Assembly (NCBI RefSeq): GCF_030028105.1
Contig: NC_092371.1
Location: 240,344,501 to 240,408,500 of the forward strand
DNA from: Mobula birostris
Lineage: Eukaryota
Length of the DNA: 64,000 nt
Direction: 5' to 3'
Made by a program: the position numbers and the translations under genes
Part shown: positions 1 to 13,022 of the stretch, piece by piece
Position numbering within the stretch: position 1 is the first letter of the stretch
Layout of the letters: the number at the start of each line of letters is the position of its first letter
The notes under the pieces: generated by a model
Told to the model about the DNA's origin: nothing
What the model saw: the letters and a program-made list of their open reading frames with translations, nothing else
The model's database searches: none

Positions 1-719
1 CTTTGATAACACAATCAGAATCATACACAGTATTGCAGGTGCAGACTCTAAAGTGCACTGTACAATTGCAGAAGCTTACATTACTCCTGTAATCAAACCC
101 TCAATAAAGGCTAACGTGTCATGTTTCTTCACAATTACTTTTTGGCCTTTAGTTACTTGTGTCCCTTTAAACAATCAAATGTGCTTAATTTCATCATTAA
201 ACAAGTGCTGCTTTTCTGTTATGCATGTCAAAATAGACTCTCATTTTCCCACGTTATTTTCCATCTGCAATGTTCTCATCTACTGACGTAGTTTATTCCT
301 GTTCCATCTAAGCCTTTTATCCTTTGTTATTGCAATAGTATTGTTGGAGAACTTGTAGCTATTTTCGATGTAATTTTTGCTATAGATTTTGAATAGCTGG
401 AGACTAAACAGCTAATCTGGGTTATCCTACCATCATAGCCAGCTAATCTGAAATCTGTGTATTCATTTCCAATCTTTGGTTTGTCTATTAATTGATTTCA
501 ATGCATTACCACCAATTCCCTGTGCTCTTGCCTTGCTACTGTGCAGGACCTTATCAAAAGCCTTCTAGAAATACAAATACACCCCATCCACATGTTTCTT
601 CTTGTCCTCCAATAGTTACATCCTCAAGCAACTCTAAAAGATTTGGCAAGCGTGATTTTCTCTTTATAAATCCACGCCACCCTGCTCAGCCCTCTTATTG
701 TGTACAAGATCTGCATTTT

Positions 720-1926
720 TAGATACGAAAGACAACGGGGTGACCTGCTGGGGCACCCTTTGAGAGAAGGGTAATGCAGTCTGATGTGACCAGAATGAAC
801 ATTAAATTTTCCTGAATGCTATTGGTATCACTTTGCTTTGGAAACTGAAGTAGAAAACCTCAGTTTAATAAAGAAGAACGACACGTAGCAAAGCAAATAT
901 AGCTCCTCCTCATTTAACGAAGTACACTTTTGATGGCATCATTTCTGGTTTATCTGCCACCCTCATGCCTCTTGTTGTCTTTCCGGAGACGTGCAGTCCT
1001 TTCATCGCCTGTCTCTTCATCTCTTCTGCTGTTTGTTCTTTGTCTCTGATCCTGGAGATGTGAATTTCTCAGCTCCTTTGTCTCTTCCTCTCTCCTCCTC
1101 CTGTGCCTGCTTTTGTCATTCTGAGACGTGCAGCCCTTTCATCCACCGTCTGTTCAGCTCTTCTGCTGTTTGTTGTTTGTCTCTCCTCTATAGTGTCTTC
1201 TTCTCTCATCTGTTTTTGTCCTGACTCTTTGATCTTGGAGTCATGCAGCCCTAGCCTCATCTGATTCTTGTTGTCTCCCTCTCCTTGCCGTTTTCCAACA
1301 ACGTTTGGCTTCATCTCTTGACCATAATGTCCCCCTTCCCTTTCCATGCAGCATAATTAGGCTGACCATTTTTTTTTTTACCCTAATGCTGGATAGAAGA
1401 TACGAAGCACTAATACCAAAGGGTGCTGATTATTCTTGATGTGGTTGGCGCTCTCCTAAATGGACATGATATAGTTACTGCTGCCCTTTGACTGCAGCAA
1501 AGGATTTTATGGGTGTTTCGAAGTACGTCATTATAATAAGATTTAATTATCTCTTATTGATGGGTGGCAGTTTGATCTGTCCCAATCCTGCACATGCTGA
1601 TGGTGATTAGCAGAATGTGACCCATCAAAATAGAGCTGCCCTGCCCTTTTGCTCCGGTAGGTGTCGCTGCTGAGGCTGGCTGTGCACGTGCGTTGGGTTG
1701 TCGCGTCCCGATTTCCATGATGGCCAATCAGGTCCCAGGTGAAAGCGAACCTGTTGATTTTTGGCGAATGAGCAGTTTTATAGGAATCTATAACCCTGAA
1801 CTTTCCCTTTATTCTGTAAGTTAGCGCATTTTAATTCGATTTAGCCAAAAAAAGTGCCACTGTAATGCACCGTTTGCGCTAATTGGAGGTCACAAACAGA
1901 GCATGAGAGTTTCAGTAGTATATAGA
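720..1926 (-). mobile_element. Decayed Helitron-like element with STPR-like coding remnant, in a PBK intron
   Basis: Minus strand begins A|TCTATATACTACTGAAA...TGTTTGT at 1926, resembling a Helitron 5' end. ~69-bp periodic purine-rich repeats at 985-1260 translate as DERAARLR/DERTARLR. A GC hairpin lies at ~738-758; no clean CTRR terminus was seen. Confidence 0.4.
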
Positions 1927-2375
1927 TTGCAGATACATAATCTTACTATGTCATCTGTTAAGAAAAATACTTCAGTAAAGTATTTTAACTGTTGGGAATT
2001 AATTCATTACTGAAAATAGTTTGCTCGTTAAAAGTTAATTTCAGATTTTTGTAAACTTAAAAGGCCATTTGCCATTTTGAATCATGTATAATGGTGTGTT
2101 TCTCATTTTAATGATGAATAATGGAGATTTTATTGGTGTTCATTTGGTTTATTTGAATTTGCTGTCTTGAAGTTCTTTTTATTAAAAAAAACTTCCTGTG
2201 CTCTGTGTAGCAACGGTTTTAACTAATTCTCAAGTCTGCAGCAATGGCAATCAAAATTAAATATTAGAATAACTATTGCATTTAAACAATGCAAATATCA
2301 AAATGGAAATTGTACTGTGCAATTAAATAGCTTTGGAAAGTAATGTATCTAATGTACAAAGCAAAACACTAATTA

Positions 2376-5362
2376 TAACTGCCATTACGGGGGAGAGGGT
2401 TCTTGGGAAACTGAAAGGTCTGAAGGTACATAAGTCACCTGGACCAGATGGTGTATACCCCAGAGTTCTGAAAGAGGTGCCTGAAGAGATTCTTGAAAAA
2501 TCATTACTAATGCCTCCAGAATCAATTGATTCTGGCATGGTTGGGAAGATGTTGAATGAGGTCTCGGGGTACTTGGAGGCACATGATAAAATAGGCCCTA
2601 ATAAGCATGATTTCTTCAAGGGAAAATGTGGCCTGACAAATCTGTTGAAATAACAAGCAGGATAGACAAAGGAGAATCAGTTGATGTTATGTACTTGGAT
2701 TTTCAGAAGGCCTTCAACAAGGTGCCACACCACATGAGGATGCTTAACAAGTTGAGTCCATGGTATTACAGGAAAAATAATAGCATGGATGGAGCAGTGA
2801 CTGATTGGTAGGAGGCAAAGAGTGTGAATAAAACAAGCCTTTTCTGGTTGGCTGCCCGTGACTAGTGTTCCACAAGTTTCTGTGTTGGGACTGCTTTTTG
2901 CATTGTATGTCAATGATTTGGATGACAGAATTGATGGCTTTGTGGCCAAATTTGCGGACAATACAAAGGCAGGTAGTTTAGAGGAAGCAGGAAGGCTACA
3001 GCAGAACTTAGACAAATAGTAGAATGGGCAAAGAAGTGGCAGATTGAATACAGTGTTGGGAAGTGAATGGTCATGCAGTTTGGTAGAAGTAGTAAAAGCA
3101 TAGACTATAGTCTAAGTGGAGAGAATATTCAAAAATCTGAGGTGCAAAGGGGCTTTGGAGTCCTTGTGCAGGATTCTCTAAAGGTTAATTTGCAGGTCGA
3201 GTCAGTGGTGAGGAAGGCAAATGCAATGTTAGCATTCATTTCAAGGGGAATAGAATATAAAAGCAAGGATGTAATATTGAAGCTTTATATAAAGCACTTG
3301 TGAGGCCAACTTGGAGAATTGAATAGTTTAGGGCCCCTTATCCAAGAAAGGATGTGCTGACATTGCAGAGGGTTCAAAGGAGGTTCACAAAAATGATTCA
3401 GGGATTGAAAGGTTTATCATATAGAAACATAGAAAACCTGCAGCACAATACAGGCCCTTCGGCCCACAATGTTGTGCTGAACATGTACTTGCTCTAGAAA
3501 TTACCTAGATGTTTTTGATTCAATTTTAGTTTGCCTTCATTTTTACATGGAACTGACATAGAGATGACATAGTTTATATGAAAGAGGATGTGCTGGACCT
3601 TTTGGAAAGCATCCAGTTGGATAAGTCACTGGGACCCTCCAATCCTCTGGAACCTCTCCTGTCCTTATTGATGGTGTGATGGTGCAAAGATCATCGCCAG
3701 AGGCTCAGCAATCTCCTTCCTTGTCTCCCACAGTAGCCTGGGGTACATCTCATCCAGTCCTGGTGACTTATTCAACTGGATGCTTTCCAAAAGGTCCAGC
3801 ACATCCTCTTTCATAATACCTACATGCTCAAGCTTCTCAGTCTGCTGTAAACCATCCCTACAATCGCCAAGATCCATTTCTGTAGTGAATACTGAAGCAA
3901 AGTATTAATTAAGTATCTCTGCTATCCCCTCCAGTTCCATACACACTTTTCTACTGTCACACTTGTTTGGTCCTATTCTCTCACGTCTTATCCTCTTGCT
4001 CTTCGCATACTTGTAGAATGCCTTAATCCTGCCTGCCAAAGCCTTCTCGTGGCCCCTTCTGGCTCTCCTAATTTCATTCTTCAGCTCCTTCCTGCTAGCC
4101 TTATAATCTTCTAGATCTCTATCATTACCTAGATTTTTTGAACCTTTTCTTCTTGACTGGATTTTTAACAGCCTTTGTACACTAGTTCCTGTACCCTACC
4201 ATCCTTTCCCTGTCTCATTGGAACATACCTATGCAGAAGTCCACACAAATAGCCCCTGAACATTTGCCACATTTCTGCTGTACATTTCTGAGAATATCTG
4301 ATTTCAATTTATGCTTCCACGTTCCTGCCTGATTGCCTCATATTTCCCCTTACCCCAATTAAACACTTTCCTAACTTGTATGTTCCTATCCCTCTCCAAT
4401 GCTATAGTAAAGGAGATAGAATTGTGATCACTATCTCCAAAATGCTCTCCCACTGAGAGATCTGACACCTGACCAGGTTCATTTCCCAATACCAAATCAA
4501 GTACAGCCTCTCCTCTTAAAGGCTTATCTACATATTGTGTCAGGAAACCTTCCAGAACACACCTGACAAACTCCACCCCATCTAATCCCCTCACTCACGG
4601 GAGATGCCAATCAATATTTGGGAAATTAATATCTCCCATCATGACAGCCCTGTTATTATTACACCTTTCCAGAACCTGTCTCCCTATCTGCTCCTTGATG
4701 TCCCTGTTACTATTGGGTAGTCTATAAAAAAAACACCTTTCTGTTCCTAACTTCCATCCACAAATCCCTCCATGACTTCCTCCTTCTGCAGCCGTGACAC
4801 TATCTCTGATCAGCAGTGCCACGCCCCACCTTTTTTGCCTTCCTTTTGGAAACATCTGTAGCCTGGCACTCTTAAGTAACCATTCCTGCCCCCTGAGGCA
4901 TCCAAGTCTCTGTAATGGCCACAACATCATAACTCCAAGTACTGATATTGATATGAGGAGCGTTTGATTGCTCTGGGTCTCTACACACTAGCATTCAGAA
5001 TGAGGGGTGATCTCATTGAAACCTATCGATTGAAATGCCTTGATACAGTGTATGTGAAGAGGATGTTTCCTATGGTGGGAGAGTCATAAGACTAGAGAAC
5101 ACAACCTCAGAGTAGAAGGATGTCCTTTCAGAATGGAGATGAGGGGGACTTTCTTTAGCCAGAGGGTGGTGAATCTGGGATTTGGTGGATTCATTGGGTA
5201 TATTTAAAGCAGAGGCTGATAGATTCTTGATTAGTCAGAACATGAAGGAATACGGAGGGGAAGGCAGGAGATTGGGGCTGAGAGGGAAAATGGATGTCAT
5301 GATGAAATACTGGAGCAGACACGAATAGGCCAAATAGTGTAATTCTGCTTCTGTATCTTATA
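2376..5362 (+). mobile_element. Degenerate CR1 LINE (ORF2 RT to 3' tail), interrupted at ~3422-4950
   Basis: KSPGPDG, YLDFQKAFNKVPH and KANAMLAFISRG fragments in several frames. The element breaks after ...TTTATCATAT at 3422 and resumes at ATATGAGGAG (4951). Confidence 0.85.
3422..4950 (-). mobile_element. Nested CR1 fragments (3' tail plus endonuclease-to-RT part)
   Basis: ORFs 4304-4594 (LDLVLGNE...GDSDHNSI), 4595-4930 (MGDINFPNIDW) and 3665-3877 (KSPGLDEMYPRLL); CR1 tail at 3422-3510. Confidence 0.85.
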
Positions 5363-6717
5363 GTTGTATTTAATATCGTGTACTGATCTAAACTCTACAT
5401 TCTTATTATGAGTTCTGCTGTTGATTGAAATCTTTCACATCATCTTTGGGAACGCTGCTTGAAATGTCTGCTTTGTTGCAACCATACCTTCACACTTGCA
5501 CTCCTGAAATTTAGTCTCAAATTTTAGATACTTCCACCTGCACTTCAAACACCATTCAATTGCTGAGAATTTGTACTTAGTTTTTCTATTCATTCCTTTT
5601 CCCCAAAATTATCTGCTTCATCTCATGTTTTTACTTTATGAAAAATTAAGGAAGAAACCATAGATGCTGTCTATCTGGGAAAAGTTCATCTGTTTATGCT
5701 TAAGGTTCTATACTTTCCACTTCTTGGTGTTGATCTTGTTGCCCTGATCGTGTAATATTGACAGTTCAGGAGCACTTTGTTGAATCTGCACCTCTGTAAG
5801 TGTTTTATTTCCTCTTCTGTGAAGTGATCTGTATTGTGACTTGATCTGCAAATTTTCTACATTTTCCTGAATAGTAAATAAACATCGCAGCCTGTTTATT
5901 TTTCCTCCTTCATGGGTGGTTCATGTAATGTAGTGAAGGAAAAAAAATCAAGTTTCTTCCTAGTGACCCCTGAAGTAATAAATACCAATTTCTCTAAGTA
6001 TTTAATACCTTTACCTTAGTAGATAATGTTAATAACCTTGGTGCTCATGCAAGAGTATAATAGCTGTATTTGAGAGATAATTATGCCTATGGCTACCTGG
6101 TTTATTTCACTTTCATCGTGGGGTTGTCCTGGACAGTTGTTCAATAATAAAGATGCAAAGTATTCTCGGGTAGTATCTGTGTGACAGAGAGCGCTCAGTA
6201 AATGCACTCCACACATGCATGCACACACTTCCATTTTAGTAATGGGGACATGTATGTTTGTATACTGTATTTAAGGTAGATACTTGTTTATTTTGTAATA
6301 TGATTGTAATTACATTGTGGTGAATCTGATTCACGTGTAGTCTTAAGTTAACTTTGTGGATAATTAAAGAAGGTAGCTGTCAGAAATTCACACTAGACAA
6401 AAATAGTATGAAGCTATTGTGATTTCTGATAAATATCTAGTAAATATCGGCAGTTTTCTTCATTAATTTTTGTAAGGTTGCTTTTTGACGCACCTAATAA
6501 ACACCCTTGTACAAAAGTGCTAAACGACTCTAGCCATTTTTCCTTTGATCAAAACTCCCATATCTAACAATTTGAAGAAATATTTATTATTTTATCATTT
6601 TTTTTCATCAGGTGCTATTAAGGTGGAGTTCCCTACTGATTATAAAGTATTTATTGGCTCATGTTCATAGTGTGCTCATAGTTTTTGAGATGACAATTTG
6701 GTTTTCCTCCACTGTAG

Positions 6718-6917
6718 ATTCTTTCAGCGAGGATAGCTTCGATGAAGATGCTTATTATGCAGCTTTGGGAACACGACCTGCACTCAACATGGAGGAACTA
6801 GATAATTCATACAAGGAAGTTATTGAACTGTTCCTGGTCTGCACGAATGAAGATCCTCAAAAACGTCCCTCTGCTGCACAGATAGTAGCAGAATTAGAGG
6901 CAATAAAAAAGGAATGA
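6718..6917 (+). CDS. PBK: PDZ-binding kinase / TOPK, last coding exon
   Basis: Acceptor ctgtag|ATT. Encodes (D)[65 protein letters not shown], recognisable as the PBK kinase C-lobe end. Tail-to-tail with ESCO2 as in other vertebrates. Confidence 0.95.
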
Positions 6918-7054
6918 TTTATTTTTGAGGTTTTCTCATTCTCCAGCCTTGAAATCTAACCTTATTCTCATTTGCACTCTTTAATACTGTTTTGTTTGGT
7001 ATAATAGACTTGTGTACATTGTTTTTAAACACTAACTTGTTTAATAACCGTAAT

Positions 7055-7060
7055 AATAAA
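7055..7060 (+). terminator. Candidate PBK polyadenylation signal AATAAA
   Basis: AATAAA 138 nt after the PBK stop; an alternative lies at 7643-7648. Confidence 0.5.
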
Positions 7061-7835
7061 TCTTAATTATACATTTATACGTGCAGAATTTACTATAATT
7101 TTCTTTAGATTTAAATCTGGCCCACTGAAGAAGAAAATGCTACAGAGCAGCTACTCTCCCAGTCTACAGCAGAACGTCAGTGATGCAAAACTCATTACAT
7201 TGTTTAAATGTTTGCAGATGTATTTTCTCAAGGTAGAAAATGGAGTTCTGATGTTGCAAAAACCTTGCTAAAGCGTGTATTATGATTGCTTATTAAACTC
7301 TCCATCTGCTATTGCTTGGTTGTACTTGCTCAGTTGATCAAGATTTGTTGTAATCTTAGATAACTTCCTAAATTGCTCACTATACCTTGATATTTGTGTC
7401 ATCCATAAATTACTAACATTCTCTTCCAACTTGTTAACTGCTTCCAATCACTCACCTGTTCCCAATAATGCATATACAAACATCAATTTCAGTTCAGTAA
7501 ACTTCAAAAGGCATTGTGTTGCAAGTTTATAAAATATTTGACTTGCAAAAAAAATGCATGGTGCACGTTCTGGAATGGAACAAAACTTATCTTAATTTAC
7601 TGCCGTTTTCCATAAGGCTAATTTTTCTTTAGAAAGTCTTGAAATAAAAAGAGGACTTAAGGTATAATAGGACATAAGTTAATTTAGAGCTTGCGTGTTT
7701 CTTAGCAAAACTGGATTAAATAGCTGAAGATCAAGATGTAGTCAATCACAAATGTTTAAATACTTTTAATGAAATGTATTTGAACTATAATTCTATGTAG
7801 ATCAAATTCAGACATTTGACAAACTTGTTCATACT

Positions 7836-7841
7836 TTTATT
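7836..7841 (-). terminator. Candidate ESCO2 polyadenylation signal
   Basis: TTTATT (AATAAA on minus) ~190 nt beyond the ESCO2 stop. Confidence 0.45.
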
Positions 7842-8026
7842 TATCAATTAAAATTTTTAAAATCAATATGGATATCATCTCATGACTGTTAACTGCAATG
7901 GACAAAATTACAAGACAGACATTTCTAGTATTGAACACAAATTGATTTACACGTTGTGATTTTAATAGTTATTCTGTTGCAAAATCTTTGCTAATACTTC
8001 AAATGATTACCAAAATAAACAATTAT

Positions 8027-8159
8027 TCATGCTAATAAGTTATAAACAAGAAAGTTTGGAGTTTGACTATACTTGGTTGCAAAGAGCTTGCCAGATGGTG
8101 TTGGGTCTGAGAAGGCAATTTCATTCTTACTCAGGTATGTGCCATATATGAAAGTGTTT
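8027..8159 (-). CDS. ESCO2: ESCO2 last coding exon (acetyltransferase C-terminus)
   Basis: Acceptor ttttcag. (R)[43 protein letters not shown], with the Eco1-family AFSDPT..G motif. Confidence 0.97.
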
Positions 8160-9140
8160 CTGAAAAAGATTCAAGTAGGTTAAGTGCTAGTTAAAATTAT
8201 AAATATTGCAAATGATTAGAAAAAATGTATTCTCTGGGGACGTTTCAGAGAGGGGGAACAGGAAGGACCAATTTTCTTCACCAGAGATTAATAATAAAAG
8301 GGACACTTGAGATAGTAAAACTACTTACCTGCTCTCTAATATTTGAGGGCAGTGTGGAACCAACTGCCTCTGTCATGCAGGAAGCATCCCTTACTGCACA
8401 AGACAGTACTGGGGTGATCAGCTGAACTGAGGTAATGGTTGAGAGGTGGGATGTGTGATTAATGTAAAGAAAAAATGATGTAACTATCATGCATTGCCTC
8501 AAGATGGTGCTATTACAGTCTGTAAATGTCTTCCTAGATTTCTTTACAGGGTGATTGCAAGTTAGCAATCTGAGGATTGACTAGATACAGGTAAGTTACC
8601 AAAGGGCAACATGCATCCAGTATTTTGTTACAAGTGAATAATGGATAACCAGCACACAAAGTTTGTGGAAAAAGTTGGAAAGTGCTTTCAAAGTTTTATT
8701 AATAAACCATCTTCCAGAATTATGTAGCAACTCATACAAGGGAGGAAAAGCAAAAAGATTAATTAAAAAATGCACACACATTACACTTTACTGTATCTAC
8801 TCTTATGTTTCCCTGGTGAGAGGATTAAAAGGTAGTTGATTGAGATTTACGGTTAAGTCTGTCAAATCCTTGGTATGAAGGAGGCTGTTCTCACAGTTTC
8901 ATTCCACTAAATGTTGGAAATATCTTAATGACTCAACAATAACTTGCAACTATATAGCTCTCATAGCATTCCAAAGTTCTGCACCATGACCATTTTTTGG
9001 TAAGGCTTGATGCTAAGACATGAAGAAGTTTTTATATTACTGACAGCTTTTCTAAAGGAGTTTGGGGGACATTGAAGGAAAAAAAAAAATTTACTGATAG
9101 ACATGCCTTATTGACACGTCAAAGTAACATTACTACTTAC

Positions 9141-9325
9141 CGGACAGCATCTAACATTCTGCTGGCAATTTTCTTTCTTCTCATCATGCAAAACACCCAG
9201 ATTCTGCTCACACCACAAACAGCTTCTTCAGGCTTTGTAGCACATTGCCAGGCACGACGATATTCAAATACCACTTGGTTCTCAGTTATCTTCTGATTTG
9301 CAGGCTCAGAAAGCACCCTGAAAGC
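9141..9325 (-). CDS. ESCO2: ESCO2 coding exon 9 (GNAT acetyl-CoA binding motif)
   Basis: AG/GT bounded; AFRVL...AWQC...[25 protein letters not shown](R). Confidence 0.97.
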
Positions 9326-10279
9326 CTGTGAATGTACCACATACAAATTGGAGAGTGAAGACTCACAGGTAACTCAATGAACTTAATCAAATAGTATAAG
9401 TCTACAGAAGGATGGGAGATAAACAAGTTATTTGTGTAATCTTTATCTAGTACGATGGAAATTTTAAGTCAGGTTGCAACCAGCTAATTAACGTACTCTG
9501 ATCAATGAGTATGGGTGGATGGAAGGATAAGTTATCTCTAATCTTGATTAAATTTAAACAGTGACACCACGTGTATTATCTCAGTACAGGGTAGGAAGTA
9601 GATTATTTGGTACTTGTGTCCAGTTTCCACCTCAGCATTGCTTCACTCCTCCTTTAAACACCATGATCACATTCAGATAGTGGATTCTGGTTAATTGGGG
9701 CACATCGGGACCCAGTTAGTCAAAGTTTCATGGAAATAGTTAAAAAGTTATTTTAAAAATGAACTAGTGTTTAACTGAGTAACCAATTATGTATTTAAAT
9801 GAATTACAGAATAAATTAGGACACTGTCAATACTACTACAGTACTATAAAAGTAGTATTTGCTAATAGTCATCAATGGCAGAAATCATTGATTGATTGGA
9901 AATAAATAAAATCAGCGCTGACACGTTGATTTCAGTAGCGAGTGTCACATTAATTGAATCTGACTACTTAATTGGTTAACTGTTCTCTGTTGGAATTTTC
10001 TGTTACAAGAAGTCCTGTATACAATAAAACCGCACCACCTTTAACGGCTTTTCTCTTTCTCTGGTCTTGTTCTTTTGTCTCTTGCTATGCTTCTTCCTTT
10101 CTATCCTTTGCTCTTGTGACACTTAATAAAATTATTGTAAACAACATGTTTTATGCCTCATTCTTAACTTTCAAAATACCTCTGGATCATGAAAGAGTCA
10201 CAATCCAACTTGGGTTAGAGATTCACATGGATGTAATGGGTGGTGCGGGCTTGTTTGGCTGGAAGAACCTGTTACTCTG

Positions 10280-10612
10280 CTGTCATCGTCATTGTGCCGT
10301 GTTGTATGACATAGGTGATCATGGTCTCATAACCATGATTGTTTTTGGCAAATTTTTCTATCAAAGTGGTTTGCCATAGCCTTCTGGGTAGCGTCTTTAA
10401 AAGACGGGTGACCCCAGCCATTCAGAGATGGTCTGCCTGGCGTTAGTGTTCGCATAACCAGGATTTGTGATATGTACCAGCTGCTCCCATGGCTTCACGT
10501 GACCCTGACCAGGGGACTAAGCAGGTGCTACACCTTGCCCAAGGGTGACCTGCAGGTTAGCAGAGGGAAGGAGTGCCTTACACCTCCTTTGGTATTTCCA
10601 CCCTGCCACCCA
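10280..10612 (-). mobile_element. SINE-like repeat with RTE-type tail (second copy at 57853-58225)
   Basis: Reverse complement of the 57853-58225 element, including the GAAGGCNATGGCAAACCAC motif seen in RTE/BovB-related SINE tails. Confidence 0.6.
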
Positions 10613-10711
10613 ACTTAATATACACTACAGAATAATTGAGTTAAAAATGTTAACATGCTAAGGATGAAATCTTTTTGGAGAGCAGCTAAAGTACAGTAGT
10701 AGAAACCTCAC

Positions 10712-10855
10712 CTGCTTTATATGTTCTGCAATAAGGCAGCCAACAATCTTCTTTTCATTAGAGACAAACATGTAGGTTTTGCTTTGACCTGGGGAGCTTA
10801 ACGTGGTCTGTTGAAACCCCAATTCATAATCTACCAACTCTCTCACTTCTTCCAC
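10712..10855 (-). CDS. ESCO2: ESCO2 coding exon 8
   Basis: 144 nt, AG/GT bounded; [14 protein letters not shown]...[13 protein letters not shown]. Confidence 0.97.
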
Positions 10856-11374
10856 CTGTACAAAAACACATACGTGCTGTTATGTGACAATACATGTACA
10901 TAATAGATTTATTTTCTATTATTAATGTCCATTCCTTCCGACCATTAATCCTAACTGACTCGAAAGCATTTGTTCCTTCAGTGGAATTAAGAAATAGAAG
11001 TAAGTGGCTTTGAGAAATCACTGAAAATTAGCACACAGGTAGAGCATGGCAAGATAATTTGAGCAGAAGAGAAAGAAATTACCCTAGGTAATTTCTAAAG
11101 TACGTACATTTTCGGCACAGCATTATGGGCCGAAGGGCCTGTATTGTGCTGTAGGGTTTCTATGTTCTAGTTAATAATTTTAACTCAGTTTCAATATATT
11201 AAAGTACTTAAAATAAATCCTCAGCTGATTTGAAATAAATTACAGATTAAAGGGAATAAATTACACAACCTAAATTTGTTCAGGTATAACCAGGACACAC
11301 CAGCCAGTAATGGCCAATTTACTTAAAGTTCTGAAAAATAATTAATTGTTACTGTGCCTTTTTTTTTTTTTTAC

Positions 11375-11464
11375 CTTTTTGAGAGAATATTTAGGATCAT
11401 CTGGGAGAATCATTATAATCTTTCCATCTAGATACTCTGCCACAACACGCTCATTTTTCCATCC
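11375..11464 (-). CDS. ESCO2: ESCO2 coding exon 7
   Basis: 90 nt, AG/GT bounded; [30 protein letters not shown]. Confidence 0.97.
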
Positions 11465-12228
11465 CTGCAATGTTAAAGAGAAATATTTTTTAACATTGCA
11501 TTTTCTTCAGGTTTCAAAAATTCGAGATAAACAAAAAAATCAGCTGTGGTTAAGTGATGAAGTGGGTTCCTCATTTAAATTTTTCATCTTATTCTGATAT
11601 GTTTCAACAAAACTTGATGCAAATTTGAGATACAGTATGTGATCTTCAGATGAGGCACGTAAGAACCGTTTAGACCATAACACATAGGAGCAGAATTAGA
11701 CCATTCTGCCTAATGAGTCTACTCCGCCATTTCATCATGGCGGGCTTATAGTGCCTCTCAACACCATTCTCCTGCCTTCACCCCGTAACCTCTGTGCAAC
11801 TAGTTTAGGCATTCCAGTCCTATACTTCACACATATAAGATTTATTCCCCTTTCCTTTCATAAAGACTATGCATTGTCTTGACCCAATATGCAACATCCT
11901 AGTAAATCAATAGTTTAAAGGTCAAGGGTGAAAGGTGAAATATTTAAGTACCACCCAAGCAAGAACTTCTTCACTCAGGCAAGTGTGGATCGAGCTGCCA
12001 GCAGAAGTGATGCTTATAGGCTTGATTACAACATTTAAGAGAAATCTGGATAAGTACGTGGCTGAGAGGATATGGAGTGCAGGTATGGGTTGATGGTAGA
12101 AGGCAGAATAACAGTTTGACATGGACTAGATGGCTGAAGGGCCTGTTTCTGTGCTGTATACTCTATGACTATAGTATAGACACACTCTCAAGTAATCTGT
12201 AGCTGAGATTAAATATAACCATTCATAC

Positions 12229-12360
12229 CACAAAGCGAAGCCTTTCCAGGAACCTTTGATGATATTGTAAATGCTGCAATTCATCCTCAGGGTTAGCGGC
12301 TGTATAAACCATCCCACAGTACTTGCACATGATAGGTCCAAAGTGTTTCTGACCCGCATC
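12229..12360 (-). CDS. ESCO2: ESCO2 coding exon 6 (C2H2 zinc finger)
   Basis: 132 nt; [44 protein letters not shown]. Confidence 0.97.
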
Positions 12361-13022
12361 CTGCAAAATGACCGTATTCAAGAAAATATTTAGTCAGGCT
12401 CTTAAATTTTGAAGGTACCGTCCCAAGGCAGAGATATCCATGAACGCTTACCTGTTATTGCGAGAGCAAGTAGACACCTATGATGCTATTATACTCCAGT
12501 TTATTGGCCAGTTTCTAACTTACAAAGACTATCTGATTACATTTTCTACAATTTAAATCCGTGTTTAAATTTTCTGAGTTTCCAATAGTGGAAAGGAAAT
12601 TGTCCATACTAATTGAGTTACAATATGCCTTGACCCATCTCTAGGACCATTTATACCCACCTTTGCAAATCTCTTCTCCTACCTTAATTCATCCAACGCT
12701 GAAACACTCTTTCCTCTGGAATTGACTGTCCTACTGTACAGCTGTCTGAAATTTCATTTTTGATCCTCCACATATTAGAAGGCCATTCAAATCCACTTCC
12801 CGTTTTGTGCCCTACTTACCCATTTGTGCTATTGATCTGCATCAGCTTCTAATTAAGCAAACACATGACTTTTGAATTGTCCAGCTTAGTTTTAATTTTG
12901 CACCCAATTTCTAGTTCCAGGCATACTATCCTGAGATCTCAGCATTCTGGCAGTTCTAACATCCTGAACAAAAAATAATATTTCAACCACAGGCTTGCCT
13001 TGAGCCACAAACCCTTAACCTC

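Noticed and set aside
6612-6717. Hydrophobic N-terminal extension of the PBK ORF
   Set aside because: Intronic sequence upstream of the acceptor at 6717.
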